Positions 14,805 to 28,010 of a stretch of DNA of 64,000 bases are shown here, one piece after another. Source of the DNA: Eledone cirrhosa (taxonomy: Eukaryota); contig OZ024747.1 in the NCBI GenBank assembly GCA_964016885.1, positions 63,426,001 through 63,490,000 on the forward strand, given 5' to 3'. The notes under the pieces are model-generated. The model ran no database searches and was not told the origin of the DNA. It saw nothing but the letters and a program-made list of their open reading frames with translations. The position numbers were made by a program, and so were the translations under genes. Every line of letters begins with the position of its first letter. Position 1 is the stretch's first letter.

Positions 14805-15180
14805 CTGAGTATATCAAGTACATTTTATCATGGTACCAGCACTACCACTTTACAGAGTATACTGAGTACATTTATCATGGCAACAGTACAACCACTTTAC
14901 TGAGTATACCAAGTACATTTTATCATGGCACCAGCACTACCATTTTACAGAGTATACTGAGTACATGTTATCATGGCAACAGTACAAACACTTTACTGAG
15001 TATACTAAGTACATTTTATCATGGTACCAGCTCTATCACTGTACTGAGTATACCGAGTAAATTGTATTAAAGTGCCATTGCTACTACCTTACAAAGTGTA
15101 CTCAGTGCATTTTATTATGGTGTCAGTATTACCACTTTACAGAGTGTACTGGATATAATTTATTGTAACACCAGCACAAG
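14805..15180. repeat. About 46-47-bp minisatellite with alternating dimer structure
   Basis: Repeated GTACATTTTATCATGG(T/C)ACCAGCACTACCACTTTACAGAGTATAC units. A degenerate relative lies at about 45590-45760. Confidence 0.85.
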
Positions 15181-15634
15181 AGAAGTCGTCATGTACTCAA
15201 CAACACTGAAATGTTCTCTCTACTTCATACCATATTCTGTTATAAATTTGCCATATTTTTATTTCAAAACTACAATCCAGCTTACAGGAATACTTTAGTT
15301 TTTCAAATAAAATGTTACGTTTGTTTTTCCCACATATGAGTTCATTTATTATCAACAGGTTTCATGTTAGAATACTATAAATCCATACTACAACAGATCT
15401 AGACAAAGAGATGAGAATCTAAGAAACATGTGTTTCTTAACATCTTATGGATGTTATAAACAAAAGATTATAGCTAGATAAGGTAGGAAGAGAAATAATG
15501 AGGACCAAAGCTTGGTAGAAAGGTTAAGGAATCAAGTAAATAGATATGTGCAGTGAGGCAAAGTGCAGTTAACATTTGAAGGAAAATATTGTTGTTGCAT
15601 ACTGTAGTTGTTGTTGTTATGAGTGCATCAATGG

Positions 15635-16040
<406 letters not shown>

Positions 16041-16417
16041 TTACCTTCTCATCGCTGCTTATCTTAGTTAATGCATCAGTTTCATGTCATTTACCTGCAT
16101 ACCATTAATTTATTGATCTCTACATGGCTCCCACCTATCTCACTCTTTCTCTCTGTATATCTATCTCTTCCTCACAGTCTCTCCCTCTCTCTCTTTCTAT
16201 ATATAAAATATCTAACTCTCTATCTCTCTTTGTCACTCTCTTCTCTCACCTCTCTTTCCTCTCTCTCCCTGTCACTTTGTTGATCTGAACAGAACTATTG
16301 GTATTTACTTTCTCTCTGTCTCTCTCTCTCTCTCTTTCCCTCACCCTACCACAGTTATTATTCCTTGCTCAAATCTGCCACAGGTTATCATCATCATCAT
16401 CCTCATCATCATCATTA

Positions 16418-16990
16418 TTGCATTGAGGCTATTATTACTGCCACACAAAACCAGACACTCAGAACCAATTGTGTGAAAGCTAACATCGATGGACAAAATC
16501 ACTCTGTCTTTGCAGAATGTGCCATAAAGTTCTCAAATCTGTGGCACAACTAAAAGAATCCATTGGGAGTTGTTAAAAAAAAATGTGAGATAGAAACACA
16601 ATGTCAACGGAAGGAACATACTCCTCTTGAATCCTACTTATCAGGGGTGGGAGTAGAGTTATTTTTGGACCTTGATCTCAAGACCACAAACAATGTCTTA
16701 CACAAATGCCCTGATATTGGTTGAAAAAGAAATGGAAAAGACCAATAAGTATGAAGCCCTTGGCAGGCACTATTAGAACTGATCACCATATAGAGACAGA
16801 AGTCAAGCTAATCCTTATTGGGGTGCTAGGTATGGTCCCTAAATATCTTATGTTTTTCATCAAAAGCCTTGGGATACCTGACTTCATAGGCAGAACCCAA
16901 ATTCCTGCCATCACTAGCATTTCGAGAATCCTCCCTAATATTTCAGGGACTGATTTGAGGCCAATTAACACACTGAACATAGCAATGGAT
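16418..16990 (+). mobile_element. Degenerate RLE LINE fragment (zinc knuckle plus RLE region)
   Basis: EAIITATQNQTLRTNCVKANID, a frameshifted CRMC, PDI and ILIGVLGMVPK...PAITSISRIL. Confidence 0.7.
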
Positions 16991-17294
16991 TGCTAAAGAA
17001 ATCTCCATCATCATCAAACCTTATGAGAGAAAAATATTATTATCATCATCATCCTCATTGTTTTCTTAATGTCAGCTCTGAGTGGCTAATTAAGAAACCA
17101 TCGGTGGATTGGCAGTATCAGTAGAGGGTCAGATGCCATGCTTTGCAGCAAAGAGTTACGGCCCTTTATGGTCTGAGTTCAAATCCCGCTGAGGTTAACT
17201 TTGCCTTTCATCCTTACACGGTCGATAAAATAAGTACCAGTAATGTACTGGGTAATTGCTGGCCTTGTGCCAAAAAGTAGAAACAATTATTGTT

Positions 17295-17790
17295 GTTGTC
17301 ACTGCTTTACTGAGCACTGCTCTGTGTTCCTTGGGTATGTGCAGTATTGATTTTGCTGTTGTTTTGTATTGAGAACACACTTCCTAATGTGTGTGCAGTG
17401 CCTAGTTGATATTGTTGTAAAAACAAACAACTCCACCAAATGGGCTCTAATTGATATTGTGATCCCTCAAGCCCACAAAGATGTTGAAATAGAAAAGGAA
17501 AAGATCAATAAGTATGCAGACCTTGTAGGCACTATTAGAACTAATCACCATGTAGAGACATGTGATTTTCTGTATGCTATATATGTTTATTAAGTCCTGA
17601 AGATTGGATCATGTATCTGTCTGTGTTGTTAATTTTTTATCATTCCCAGAACACCTATTACTATAGGTATTATTTCTGTTTTCGTCATCCACATTTGGGT
17701 TGTTTCTATCTCCAGATCTTTATATTTGGATATTTTCTCTATTTCCTTGATAGATATATTGTCGTCTGTGGGGATAGATACAAACAAATC
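17295..17790. mobile_element. Rearranged RLE LINE pieces in both orientations
   Basis: Minus: VSIPTDDNISIKEIEKISKYKDLEIETTQMW...IGVLGMIK (17629-17790) and a 3' end at 17295-17405. Plus: DIVVK...ALIDIVIP...EKEKINKYADL (17405-17560). Confidence 0.75.
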
Positions 17791-17996
17791 ATTATTATTG
17801 TTATTGCTGTTATTATTACTATTGTTGTCCACTTTACAAATGTTTCTCATTAATACCTAAATGATGATACTCTACACTTTCATACACATGTTTTCTTATT
17901 CCAACCTCCTCTCTCTCTCTCTAAATATGCATGTGTGTGTAAGTGTGTATATGTATATAAATATGTATATATACATTGATATATATATATATATGC

Positions 17997-18043
<47 letters not shown>

Positions 18044-18056
18044 CATACACACACAT

Positions 18057-18128
<72 letters not shown>

Positions 18129-18197
18129 CAAGAGATGGCAACATGAATGGATCTGTTATTTTTCTCTAAAAACATTTTTTTCAATTCCATCTTTCTT

Positions 18198-18233
18198 TCT
18201 TCTGATGAAGGACTAGCGTCCGAAACGTTAAGA
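18198..18233 (+). ncRNA. Minimal type I hammerhead ribozyme
   Basis: TCTT-CTGATGA-A-GGAC(TAGC)GTCC-GAAA-CG-TT-AAGA: 4-bp stem I, 4-bp stem II, palindromic ACGT stem III and a GUU site. It lies in the (TA)n-flanked insert 18126-18328. Confidence 0.75.
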
Positions 18234-18355
18234 CCCTCTACCTATTTCAAACGTTAAACTAATATATTCTTTCCATATACTGTACCGCTTGTGTTATTTC
18301 TTGTGTTATTTCTGTTTCCCTTTTACACATATATATATATATATATATATATGCA

Positions 18356-18920
18356 GATTCCCAAGTTGTGTCTGTAAATAACCAGGTAGCCACAGTTAAA
18401 AAAAGTACTCAAGACATTGGTAGAATATAGGCCATTTTTATTATATATATACAGAAATGACTTCTTCCGGGCTAAATCTATTTCATTTGTATGAAATCAT
18501 CTGGAATATTCTTGGTATGTTGATTTAGAACATCACATTTTTTATCATTCATAAAAGGCCTTTTTGAATGGTTCCAGCAGGCAGTTGGTGGGTCGTGACT
18601 TATTGGTTTTAAACCCAAACTTCTCATAATTCTTCGATGCTACATCAGGGTGGTCAAAGAAGAAGGCTCTCTTTCTGATAAACTTGATCAGCTCATCTGT
18701 GCTTCTGATTAAAGTTTTTAGGTATAGTCTTTTTTGGTGAAATGAGGATATTTTTCGTGGGAGGATCAATGTCCAGTGTGATTATCAAGATTCTGTCATG
18801 ATTGTTGTAAAGGTTCCTGTAGGGTGCTTGATAATATGTACATTCCTGAGTTGTGTCAGGGTAACCACAGTTAAAAAAATTACTCTGTACATTGGTAGAG
18901 GATAAGCATCTTTATTATAT
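18356..18920 (-). mobile_element. Penelope-like element remnant: ORF N-terminus with flanking direct repeats
   Basis: The minus peptide YLKTLIRSTDELIKFIRKRAFFFD...FGFKTNKSRP..LLEPF resembles the N-terminal region of invertebrate Penelope-like ORFs (from memory, not searched). Direct repeats lie at 18356-18444 and 18842-18920, and a degenerate hammerhead core lies on the minus strand at about 18480-18503. Confidence 0.65.
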
Positions 18921-19175
18921 TTCCTGACACACAATTGGCTGGCTAACAACACTATTACCTACACGCACACACAGACACACACACTTACACACACACACAC
19001 CCTGATAACAAAGCATGTGAAACCATCTCTGGTTTAATGATGTAATGTTGTTTGTTTTTAAATATTTATATTTGTCTAAAATTCCTCTGTCATAATTTTA
19101 TGTAAGAAACCTTGTTAACTTATGTTCCAAATGCCAGTTTAATGAGCATGTTATTATATATTATTATAAATCCCA

Positions 19176-19365
19176 GGGTGATGGATTGGCAGTATCGGTA
19201 GAGGGTCGGACGCCATGCTTTGCAGCAAAGGCCCTTTATGATCTGAGTTCAAATCCCGCCGAGGTTAACTTTGCCTTTCATCCTTACGGGGTCGATAAAA
19301 TAAAGTACCAGTAATACACTGGGATAATTGCTGGCCTTGTGCCAAAAGTAGAAACAATTATTATA
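19176..19365 (+). mobile_element. tRNA-derived SINE family B with (ATT)n tail and TSD
   Basis: GGATTGGCAGTATCGG...GAGTTCAAATCC head and GCCTTTCATCCTTACGGGGTCGATAAAATAAAGTACCAG body. TSD ATTATTATAAATCCC. Other copies lie at about 17103-17292, 20348-20517, 23048-23230, 27166-27345, 52357-52930, 55220-55475 (-) and 59590-59735. Confidence 0.9.
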
Positions 19366-19787
19366 AATCCCTCCAATTTTCGTATTATTTTTCAAGATTA
19401 TTTGAAAGTTATAGGTAGAGCATTTCCTTAGAAATATGTTAATGAAAGGGTTAAACAAAGTCCTTAGTCAAAACAATATTCTTCTGAGGATGATTTTTTG
19501 TTCCACAGTCTATTTTAATTTTACGTAAGAAACGTTATGTTCTAAATGCCAGTTTAATGAGCAAGTTAATTATATCATAAATCCCTCCAAGTACTTGATT
19601 ATTTTCAAAATTATTTGAAAATTATAGGAAGTGTATTTCATTAGAAATATAGTAAGGAAAAGTTTAAACATAGTCCTTAGTAAAAAAAATATGCTTCTTA
19701 GGATTTTTTTTCTTCCAGTCTATTTTAATGCTGTTTTATATAATTTTTTTTATCTCCATGCTAGTTTCTGCTTATTTTATTTTCAAG

Positions 19788-19880
19788 GTTTACCATGTAG
19801 TATTTCCTCTTGCCTTCTTGGACAAATATCAAGCACAGCAGTTGGCATGTAGTGTTTTTGTGGAGAAATACTATACAGAG
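19788..19880 (+). CDS. Candidate phase-0 internal exon of an unidentified host gene (VYHVVFPLAFLDKYQAQQLACSVFVEKYYTE)
   Basis: T-rich tract plus AG acceptor, a 93-nt open frame of non-repetitive codons, and a GAG|GTATGA donor. The protein is not recognised. Confidence 0.5.
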
Positions 19881-20655
19881 GTATGAACACATGTGTTGGG
19901 ATGTCAATGATCACCACGCAAAGATGGCTCTGTAAAACTAACCTTTTTCTCTTCTTCATCATATAGTTGCTTCACTCTTCATCTCCCCTTTTTATTCTAC
20001 ATCACATTTAGTGTTTAGAGGTGTTTAGCTCATGATCATATGATAATGTATTTGTTTGGTGCATTGTGTCCTTGAGAAAGACTCTTTATTTCATGTTGCT
20101 CCACTCCATTTAGTTGGAAAAAACCGAGTACCACCTGTATTTTAGAGGACTTATTTTTTCCCACACTATATCACACTGAATTTTCCTGCAAACTATGTTA
20201 AGTGACCACGTGCCTGCAAATGCTCAGCCACTTGCATGTTAATTTCACAAGCAGGCCGTGGTGATGTTCGAACAACTGGAATACCTGTTATCGGAGCAAA
20301 TAGAGACCCTACAATAGAGACCCTACAACAAAATAAGCTACATTATTACAGAGGGTCGGACGCCATGCTTTCCAGCATAGTTACGTCCCTTTACGATCTG
20401 AGTTCAAATCCTGTTGAGGTTAACTTTGCCTTTCATCCTTACGGGGGTCGATAAAATAAAGTACCAGTAATGTACTGGGTAATTGCTGGCTTGTGCCAAA
20501 TGTAGAAACAGTTATTACAAACCTATCAACAGAAGTGCTAATATTAAAAGCCATTAGTAACTTTCTGATAATAATTTTAACTCTCTCATAAATCACTCTA
20601 AATACTCATTTATTTAATGTAAGATTTTCATGAAGAGGAAGAGTGAATGATGTTG

Positions 20656-20699
<44 letters not shown>

Positions 20700-20754
20700 C
20701 AACACACATATATTATATACATATATTATATATATATAGACTTATATATATTTG

Positions 20755-20807
<53 letters not shown>

Positions 20808-21473
20808 ACTCACACACATATATTATATATGCATATATATATATATATATTCATATATACATATATATTTGTATATATATATATATAATGTTCAGTTTTA
20901 TAGATTAGTATTGGATCTAAGCTGAAGGAATGTATGGAATACTATATCAGTGTTAACACACCGTTAAATGACAGCCAGATTATTAAAGATCAAAGCAACA
21001 TATCACCAAAATTATACATTTAATATTTATTGATATGTGTGTATCTGATACTACTCTTTTTTATTAATTTCTATTATTTTTATTAATATTTGTGAATTGA
21101 ATATTGCCATTATTTCTATTTTGTTTTACCATTTTATCCTTTTTGATTTGATATACTTAGATATGGTTTGGTGGCTGCATTAACAGAATCTTTCATTTCT
21201 TTTTATTTGGAGCTTCTATATGTCGATAATGTAATTATTATTGCAGGAATTGTCCAAGAGTTGAAGGGAAATAAAAGAGTTGTCTGAATAAAAAATGCCT
21301 AAGGTGCAAGTATAGCTGTCTGGTTAAGTACTTCGTTTCACAACTCTGTGAACAAGTTCTGGGTACAGTTCCACTGTGTGGCACTTTGGGTGAATGGTTC
21401 TTCTATAACCTTGAGTTGAGTAATGTTTTGTGAATAGAACTTGGTAGAAGCCTGCTGTATATATATATATATA

Positions 21474-21668
21474 TGTAGGTAACACGGTAAAAACCTCCCA
21501 GTCCACACTGTAAACGTGGTTGGTGTTAGGAAGAGCATCCAGCCATAGAAAACCCGCCAGACAGTCCTATGCGAGCAAGACAACCACTCTTGCCTCAAGT
21601 GGGAAAACTCCCATCCAAACCCATGCAAGCGTGGAAGATGGACGTTAAACGATGATGATGATGATGAT
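21474..21668 (+). mobile_element. Short RTE subfamily 1 3'UTR fragment
   Basis: Matches the last roughly 190 bp of the 43-45 kb LINE, has a (GAT)n tail and is flanked by (TA)n. Confidence 0.85.
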
Positions 21669-21669
21669 A

Positions 21670-21720
<51 letters not shown>

Positions 21721-22509
21721 TGCAAAGTGTTCACAGTTCAGTGACCAAGAAAAACCACAGATGAGGGTAGTACTTGTTGCCTGTTTAGTTACAGACTAGA
21801 CCATATATCTTTATATATATATATGAAGATATATATGTATATATATATATATATGTACACACACATGTATATATGTGTGTGTGTGTGTGTGCATGCATCT
21901 ATGCTTACATTTGTGTCCATATAAAGGGGATTGATAAAATAAATACAAGACTTAACAAAATAAGTACTAGTGTTGAAAAATAGAATCAACTAATTGTAGC
22001 TGATGCCCCAGCATGGCCACAGTCAGTTGAGTGAAACCAATAAAAGAATAATAGAACCTTAGAACCTCCCACTTCCAATAGGCAAGGGGCCATTATGGTT
22101 TTCTCATATAATGTTAATGGAGAGATTGTTAATGTGGGCTGAATATAGCTTTACGATACTTGGTATGGGATTAATAAAAATACCTTAGAATGTTCTGTTG
22201 TTTTTTGTTCACATATGAGTATAAGATGATGTTGGATATACAAAAGTGTAACATTCAATTATATTGTACAGCATGATAAAAAAAAAAACATGACAATCAT
22301 CATATAATAGGATGAAAGTGGAAGTTGGCATAGAGAGGATGGCTATGCAGATGCTTGGCAGAGCAACAGGCTGGTTGGCTGTAGTGATGGTTGATAAAGA
22401 GAGAGGCTGGGTGCTTTTGGTATGGCTGACAGATGGAGAACTGAGTGTATGGGTAGCAGGGGAAGGGATGGGAGAGGTTATTTTGGTGATGGATAGCAAA
22501 GGGAGAGGG

Positions 22510-22748
22510 TAGTTTTGGTGGTGGTTGGTAGTGAGTGGTTTTGGTGGTGGTTGGTAGTGGGTGGTTTTGGTGGTGGTTGGTAGTGGGTGGTTTTGGTGGT
22601 GGTTGGTAGTGGGTGATTTTGGTGGTGGTTGATAGTGGGTGGTTTTGGTGGTGGTTGGTAGTGGGTGGTTTTGGTGGTGGTTGGTAGTGGGTGGTTTTGG
22701 TGGTGGTTGGTAGTGGGTGGTTTTGGTGGTGGTTGGTAGTGGGTGATT
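22510..22748. repeat. 27-bp G-rich minisatellite
   Basis: About 9 copies of GGTGGTTTTGGTGGTGGTTGGTAGTG(G). Confidence 0.9.
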
Positions 22749-24203
22749 TTGTAGATAGTTGGTTGATGGGGCGAGGGTTTTCTAATGGTTGGTAGAAGAA
22801 GAGCATAGGTGGCATTAGTGGTGGTGGTTGGTAGAGATAGACTGTGTGGCATTGGTGATGGCTAAAAAGCAATATTACCACTGTTAATATTATCGGACAT
22901 CTGTCATTTTCAACAAAGGATTCTCAAGGTGATTCATGAAATGTAAGTGGCTGAACATTCCACAAACACCCTTTACCATTTACATTACTCTATATTTACT
23001 ATTGTATTTTCACAGTAAAGGTTTTATATCCCATAATTATCTCGGACACCTTGCGTTGTGGCAGAGAGTTACAGTCCTTTGCATTGTGAGTTAAAATCGT
23101 GCTGAGGTTAGCGTTACCTTTCATCCTTACAGGGTCGATAAAATAAAGTACCTGTAACACACTGGGGTCGATTTAATTCCCCCCCCCCCAAAAAAAAAAT
23201 AAATTGTTGGCCTTGTGTCTAAATCAGAAATCAGAAATATCTCACAATATCAAATCTTTGAGATTTTGATGATATCTATTTTGAGAACAATACGTTAACA
23301 TCAGTATGAACAGTTGGTTATAGCCGGTTTGAACAGAAAGAAATAAGAGAATTCTGGTCGGATACAACCAGTTTAAAATAGTTCTCAATGAGATTCAGCA
23401 TGACACAAGGTACAACTCATTTTTGACAGCTAGAATGAATTGGAGCAACATAAAATAAGCATCTTGCTCAAGGAGCTAATGTGTGAACTACTAAGCCAGC
23501 CATCTTCACTAACACCTCTAATACAGTGAGAGAATACATATTTTCCAAACTCTATAAAGTCTATGTTTAGAAGGTAACTGCACTGAGTGACTATTGTGTA
23601 ATCTATTTTTTTGTTCAATATTTGATAATTTTCTGCATTCTTCTCTTTCACATTAAACAAAACTGCTTTTGTCTTCTTCATATTTTTTGGTGGCTCTAAA
23701 AAACAATTTATCTTTAGTAAAATATCTATTTTAAAACCATTATTTCCTCCCCATGGAGATAGGTGAGACGTAGTCTTAATGCAGGCATTTCTAAAACAAC
23801 TTTTAAACATTTTTCGATAGAATTTGGTTATAATGAAATGAGACTTGTTTTAAAACTACTTTTCCTACTTTTTGAAAGTTTTTCAATAGACTATCTATCA
23901 CACCAAGATATTTAAATTCCTATTATTTATTTTCTACTTATAACAACAAATAAATGACTGATTATTATCATGGTTGTGTGGTTAAGGTTACCTTGCGACC
24001 ACATAATTCTGGGTTGAGTTACACTGAATAGTAACTTGAGCAAGTGGCTTTGATATAGCCTCAGCCTCTGGTTGACCAATGCCTTGTGAGTGGAATTGGG
24101 TAGACAGAAACACCACAAGCCTGTTATATATACACATATATATATATATATTATGAATAAGAGAGACCGTTTTGTGTGTACATCTTCTGTTTATTACATA
24201 GTT

Positions 24204-24272
24204 CTGTTATATGTATTTTGAGGATATCAGAGTTGTTGCATTATAACCTTCTGACATGTTCTCTTCAGACAG
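24204..24272 (-). ncRNA. Degenerate hammerhead with long stem II
   Basis: Minus: CTGT-CTGAAGA-GAACATGTCAGA...TCTGATATCCTC-AAAA-TACATATA-ACAG. GAAA reads AAAA, possibly from CpG decay. It lies in an insert next to (TA)n. Confidence 0.45.
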
Positions 24273-24497
24273 CTTGAGATTTGTGGTTGTTCTGTTCTTC
24301 ATAAGTTACTGCTTCAGGGTTACGTTTACATTACTGTCTAGCAGTCATCAACTTTCATTAATTGGATAATATGTGTGTGTATATATATATATGTATATAT
24401 GATTATAATTATGATGATGATATATATATCACCATTATGATCTTCCCACATCTATAATTCCATGCTTGAATTGGTTGGACAAAAATCATATACCCTT

Positions 24498-26040
24498 TCA
24501 TCATCATCATCATCATCATCACCGTTTTACGTCCGTTCTTCCACGCTAGCATGGGTTAGACGGGTTGTCCTGTTGTGGGCAGTGTCTGGTCGGCTGACCA
24601 TGCCTTGCTCATACAGGAACTGATCTGGCTTGATTTCTACAGCTGGATGCCCTTCCTAACACCAACCTCATTTACAGTGAGTGCTGGGTGCTTTTTCGTG
24701 GCGCCTACACGTCCACTTTACAGTGTGGGCTGGGTGCTTTTTTGCCGTGGCACCTCCACGACCACCTTGCGGTGGGGGGGGGGGGGGGCATATTGTTTAT
24801 ATGCTTCAGCATGTACCCATGGGAGGTCGGGTACCCTGTATTACTGCGTGACGCCAGAAGTCACGGTCGTGTGTCATTGACTTTGAGAGGTGTAGTTGGG
24901 TAAGGTCGGCTTTTATCACCTCATCCCAAGTCATCTTGGGTCTCCCCACTCCGCGGTTTCCATCAACTTCTAGTGCTCTGCACCTTTTTATGCAGCTGTC
25001 ATCCTTCATACGCATCACATGTCCATACCAGCGTAACCGCCTCTCCTGCACGCAGCATTTGATTCCTCTTATGCTCAGTCTCTCTCTCAATTCATTTATG
25101 CTTTGTCGTTCACGTATATTACTGTTACACATCCATCGGAGCATGCAGGCTTCGTTTCTCTCTAATCTACGTAAGTCTTCCACCTTCAGCGCCCAGGTCT
25201 CACTACCATGCAACATCGCTGTTCGGATACACGCATCATACAGTCTGCCTTTCATTCTGAGGGAGAAGCCTTTTGCAGCTAGCAGTGGTAGTAGTTCCCT
25301 AAACTTCTTCCATCCCGTTCTTACCCTAGTTATTGTACTTTCTGAGCACCCACCTCCGTTGCTAATTCGGTCACCTAGGTAGCAGAAGCTGTCTACTGTT
25401 TCTACAGGGCCCTCCCAGAGATTGGTGGTACTTGTTTCCTGTGGCTGTTTGCTTGCTGTTTCAGCACAGCTGCTGCATGTGAATCCTACATTCTTAATTA
25501 AGCTTCCTGAGATCCCGCTACATCTCTTGTGTACCCATTGTTTGCATTTGGGGCAAAGAATGGAGTTCCTACCTACACCTTTCCTACATACTGAGCAAGG
25601 CCATTTCCCTGAGGGGATCTGGGTTCTGTTTTCTCGTCTACTTATAAGGACCTTAGTCTTTGTCATGTTGACTTTGAGGCCCTTTCTCTCTAGTCCCTGC
25701 TTCCAGGTTTGGAATTTATTCTCTAGTTCTACCATAGATTCAGCTATGAGTGCGAGGTCATCAGCATACAGGAGTTCCCATGGGCATCCGGTCTTAAACT
25801 CCTCCGTTATTGCCTGCAGGACTATGATGAACAGGAGAGGGCTAAGAACAGAGCCCTGGTGGACCCCAACCTGTACGCTAAATTCCTCGCTATACTCATT
25901 GCCAATCCTAACTTTGCTGACTGCTCCCCTATACATGGCTTGTACCGCTTTCACAAGCCATTCATCTACTCCTAGTTTTCTAAGAGCCCACCAGATTACT
26001 GCACGTGGAACTCTGTCAAAGGCTTTCTCAAGGTCGACAA
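24498..26040 (-). mobile_element. 5'-truncated RTE-clade LINE (subfamily 2): RT C-half plus 3'UTR ending in (ATG)n
   Basis: The minus-strand ORF 24806-25954 extends upstream to VDLEKAFDRVPR at about 26040. It has QGSVLSPLLF, YADD, YLG and RRLRWYGHV motifs. The (CAT)n tail is at 24498-24520 on the plus strand. Confidence 0.95.
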
Positions 26041-26466
26041 ATGTATATATGTATATATATATGTATATATATATGTGTGTGTGTCCATATGTGCATGTGT
26101 GTATGCATGTCTATATATATATATCATTATCATCATCACCATTTAATGTCCATTTTCCACGCTAGTATGAGTTAGATGAGTTCTCCCATTGTGAGACAAG
26201 CCAGGTTAGATGATGATGACTTGCTCATGCAGAACTGATATATATATATATATATATATATATACTAAAACAAAGCCACCATATTTGCTATTAACTAAAT
26301 GAGTGCACTCTGAACAACTGATTTCAGGTGCATTGCTGTAATTCAGCAGATTCATTGAGTGAGCTAGATGTTGGGTGGGTAACGTTGACTTAATACCAGC
26401 GATCTTCATTACTTTTATATTATATATATATATATATACAACGATGAATGGTTACTCCTTCATTAC

Positions 26467-26499
<33 letters not shown>

Positions 26500-26500
26500 G

Positions 26501-26725
26501 TTATTAAAATAACAGATTAAAGTTTCAGCAAAGAATTGCTGCTTTCACCCTTAATGGGATCTTCTGAAGATCCCATTAAGGGTGAAAGCAGCGATTCTTT
26601 GCTTAAAATTTAATCTGTTATTTTAATAAATATCTGTTCTATGGTTTTAGATATTCATATATATATATATATTATCGTTATTGAACCCTCTTCAGATCCT
26701 AGTCTTCACATTTATTATTATTACT
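26501..26725 (+). mobile_element. Foldback short element (family P1) with hammerhead core
   Basis: Palindrome centred at 26565. The right arm reads CTGAAGA-T-CCC(ATTAA)GGG-T-GAAA and has the same tail as the 11.7-kb copy. Confidence 0.75.
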
Positions 26726-28010
26726 CTCATCAGATAAAATACAAAGTTTGTTTTATAAATATTGACATAACCAGGAAGAAGATCTTAACAGTTCAAGTTT
26801 TTCCTGGATAGTAAAGGAAAGAAGGGAAAGAGAAGAAAAGTCAAATATTTCAAATTATTAAGATGAGTATGCAAATGAGGTTGAGGTTAAGAGCTGAAAA
26901 AAAAAGTCAAATATTTCAAATTATATATATATATATATTTATATATGTATGTAAAAGGTAAACAGAAATAACAACACAATCCCTACAGTATATGGAAGGG
27001 ATATATTAGGTTAACATTGATATAGCAGGACTTTAAATTCTTAATCCTTTTCAAAATTATTAAAAAGTCTTTGGCAGAGTCTTTCATTAGAAATATGGTA
27101 ATGAGTGGTTTAAATTCATTATTAATTTTAACTCATTATTAATTTTATAACTATTCTTACCTTGAGGGCAGGGAATTGGCAGAGTTGGGAGAGCATTAGA
27201 CAAAAGCTTAACAGTATTATTCCAGCTCTTTACATTCTGAGGTCAAATCCTGCTGAGGTCAAATTTGCTTTTCATCCATCCAAAGTCTATAAAATGAAAT
27301 ACCAGTTACCCACAAATGTTTGGCCTTTTTGCCTAAATTAGAAAACTACTACCACCACCACCACTGCCATCACTACCACCACCACTACTAATACTACTAC
27401 TACTACTGCTGCTACTACTAGTAGTAGTAGTAGTAGTTGTTACTGTTATCAGTCCTTTATTCCACAGTGCCAATGCCTACTTTAAACCACTTCAGTTACT
27501 TCAATAAGGTTGAAGGGTTTTAAAGAAATAAGTGATTGGTTAATGCTCCATGTACCACCTACATCATCATCACTATAATCTTCACTATCATCCTCCTCAT
27601 TATCACCATTATCATTAATGTTATTACCATTATCACTATCATCATCACCATCATCCACATCATCACCCACATCATCAGCAATATTATTACCAACATCAGC
27701 TACATCATCATCACTATCATCATCAATGTTATTACCATCATGACCTATATCATCACCACAACCATCACCATCATAGATATTACTATTGGAAATCTTTGAT
27801 TGGAATATCTTTAGTGTGATGGACTATGTGCCATTATGGTATTTGTTCTGGATCTTTACATGCTGCAGGATTCAGATTCCATTAAGATCAACTTTGTTTT
27901 TCATCCTTCTGGATGTCAGTAAAATAAGGTACCAGTCATATACTGAGCGCATATATAAGTGATTTTCCTTTTGCCTCATATTTCTAGCCTTGTGCTTAAC
28001 TTCTATCTAT

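Noticed and set aside
14805-15180. CRISPR-like array
   Set aside because: The units are contiguous with no unique spacers, and the context is eukaryotic.
22300-22881. Extensin or adhesive-like ORFs (YQPPPKPP repeats)
   Set aside because: These are translations of a 27-bp minisatellite that is open in several frames, with no signal peptide or splice support.
26300-26362. Possible minus-strand hammerhead in a (TA)n insert
   Set aside because: A hairpin and GAAA are present, but the CUGANGA box is too degenerate to call.
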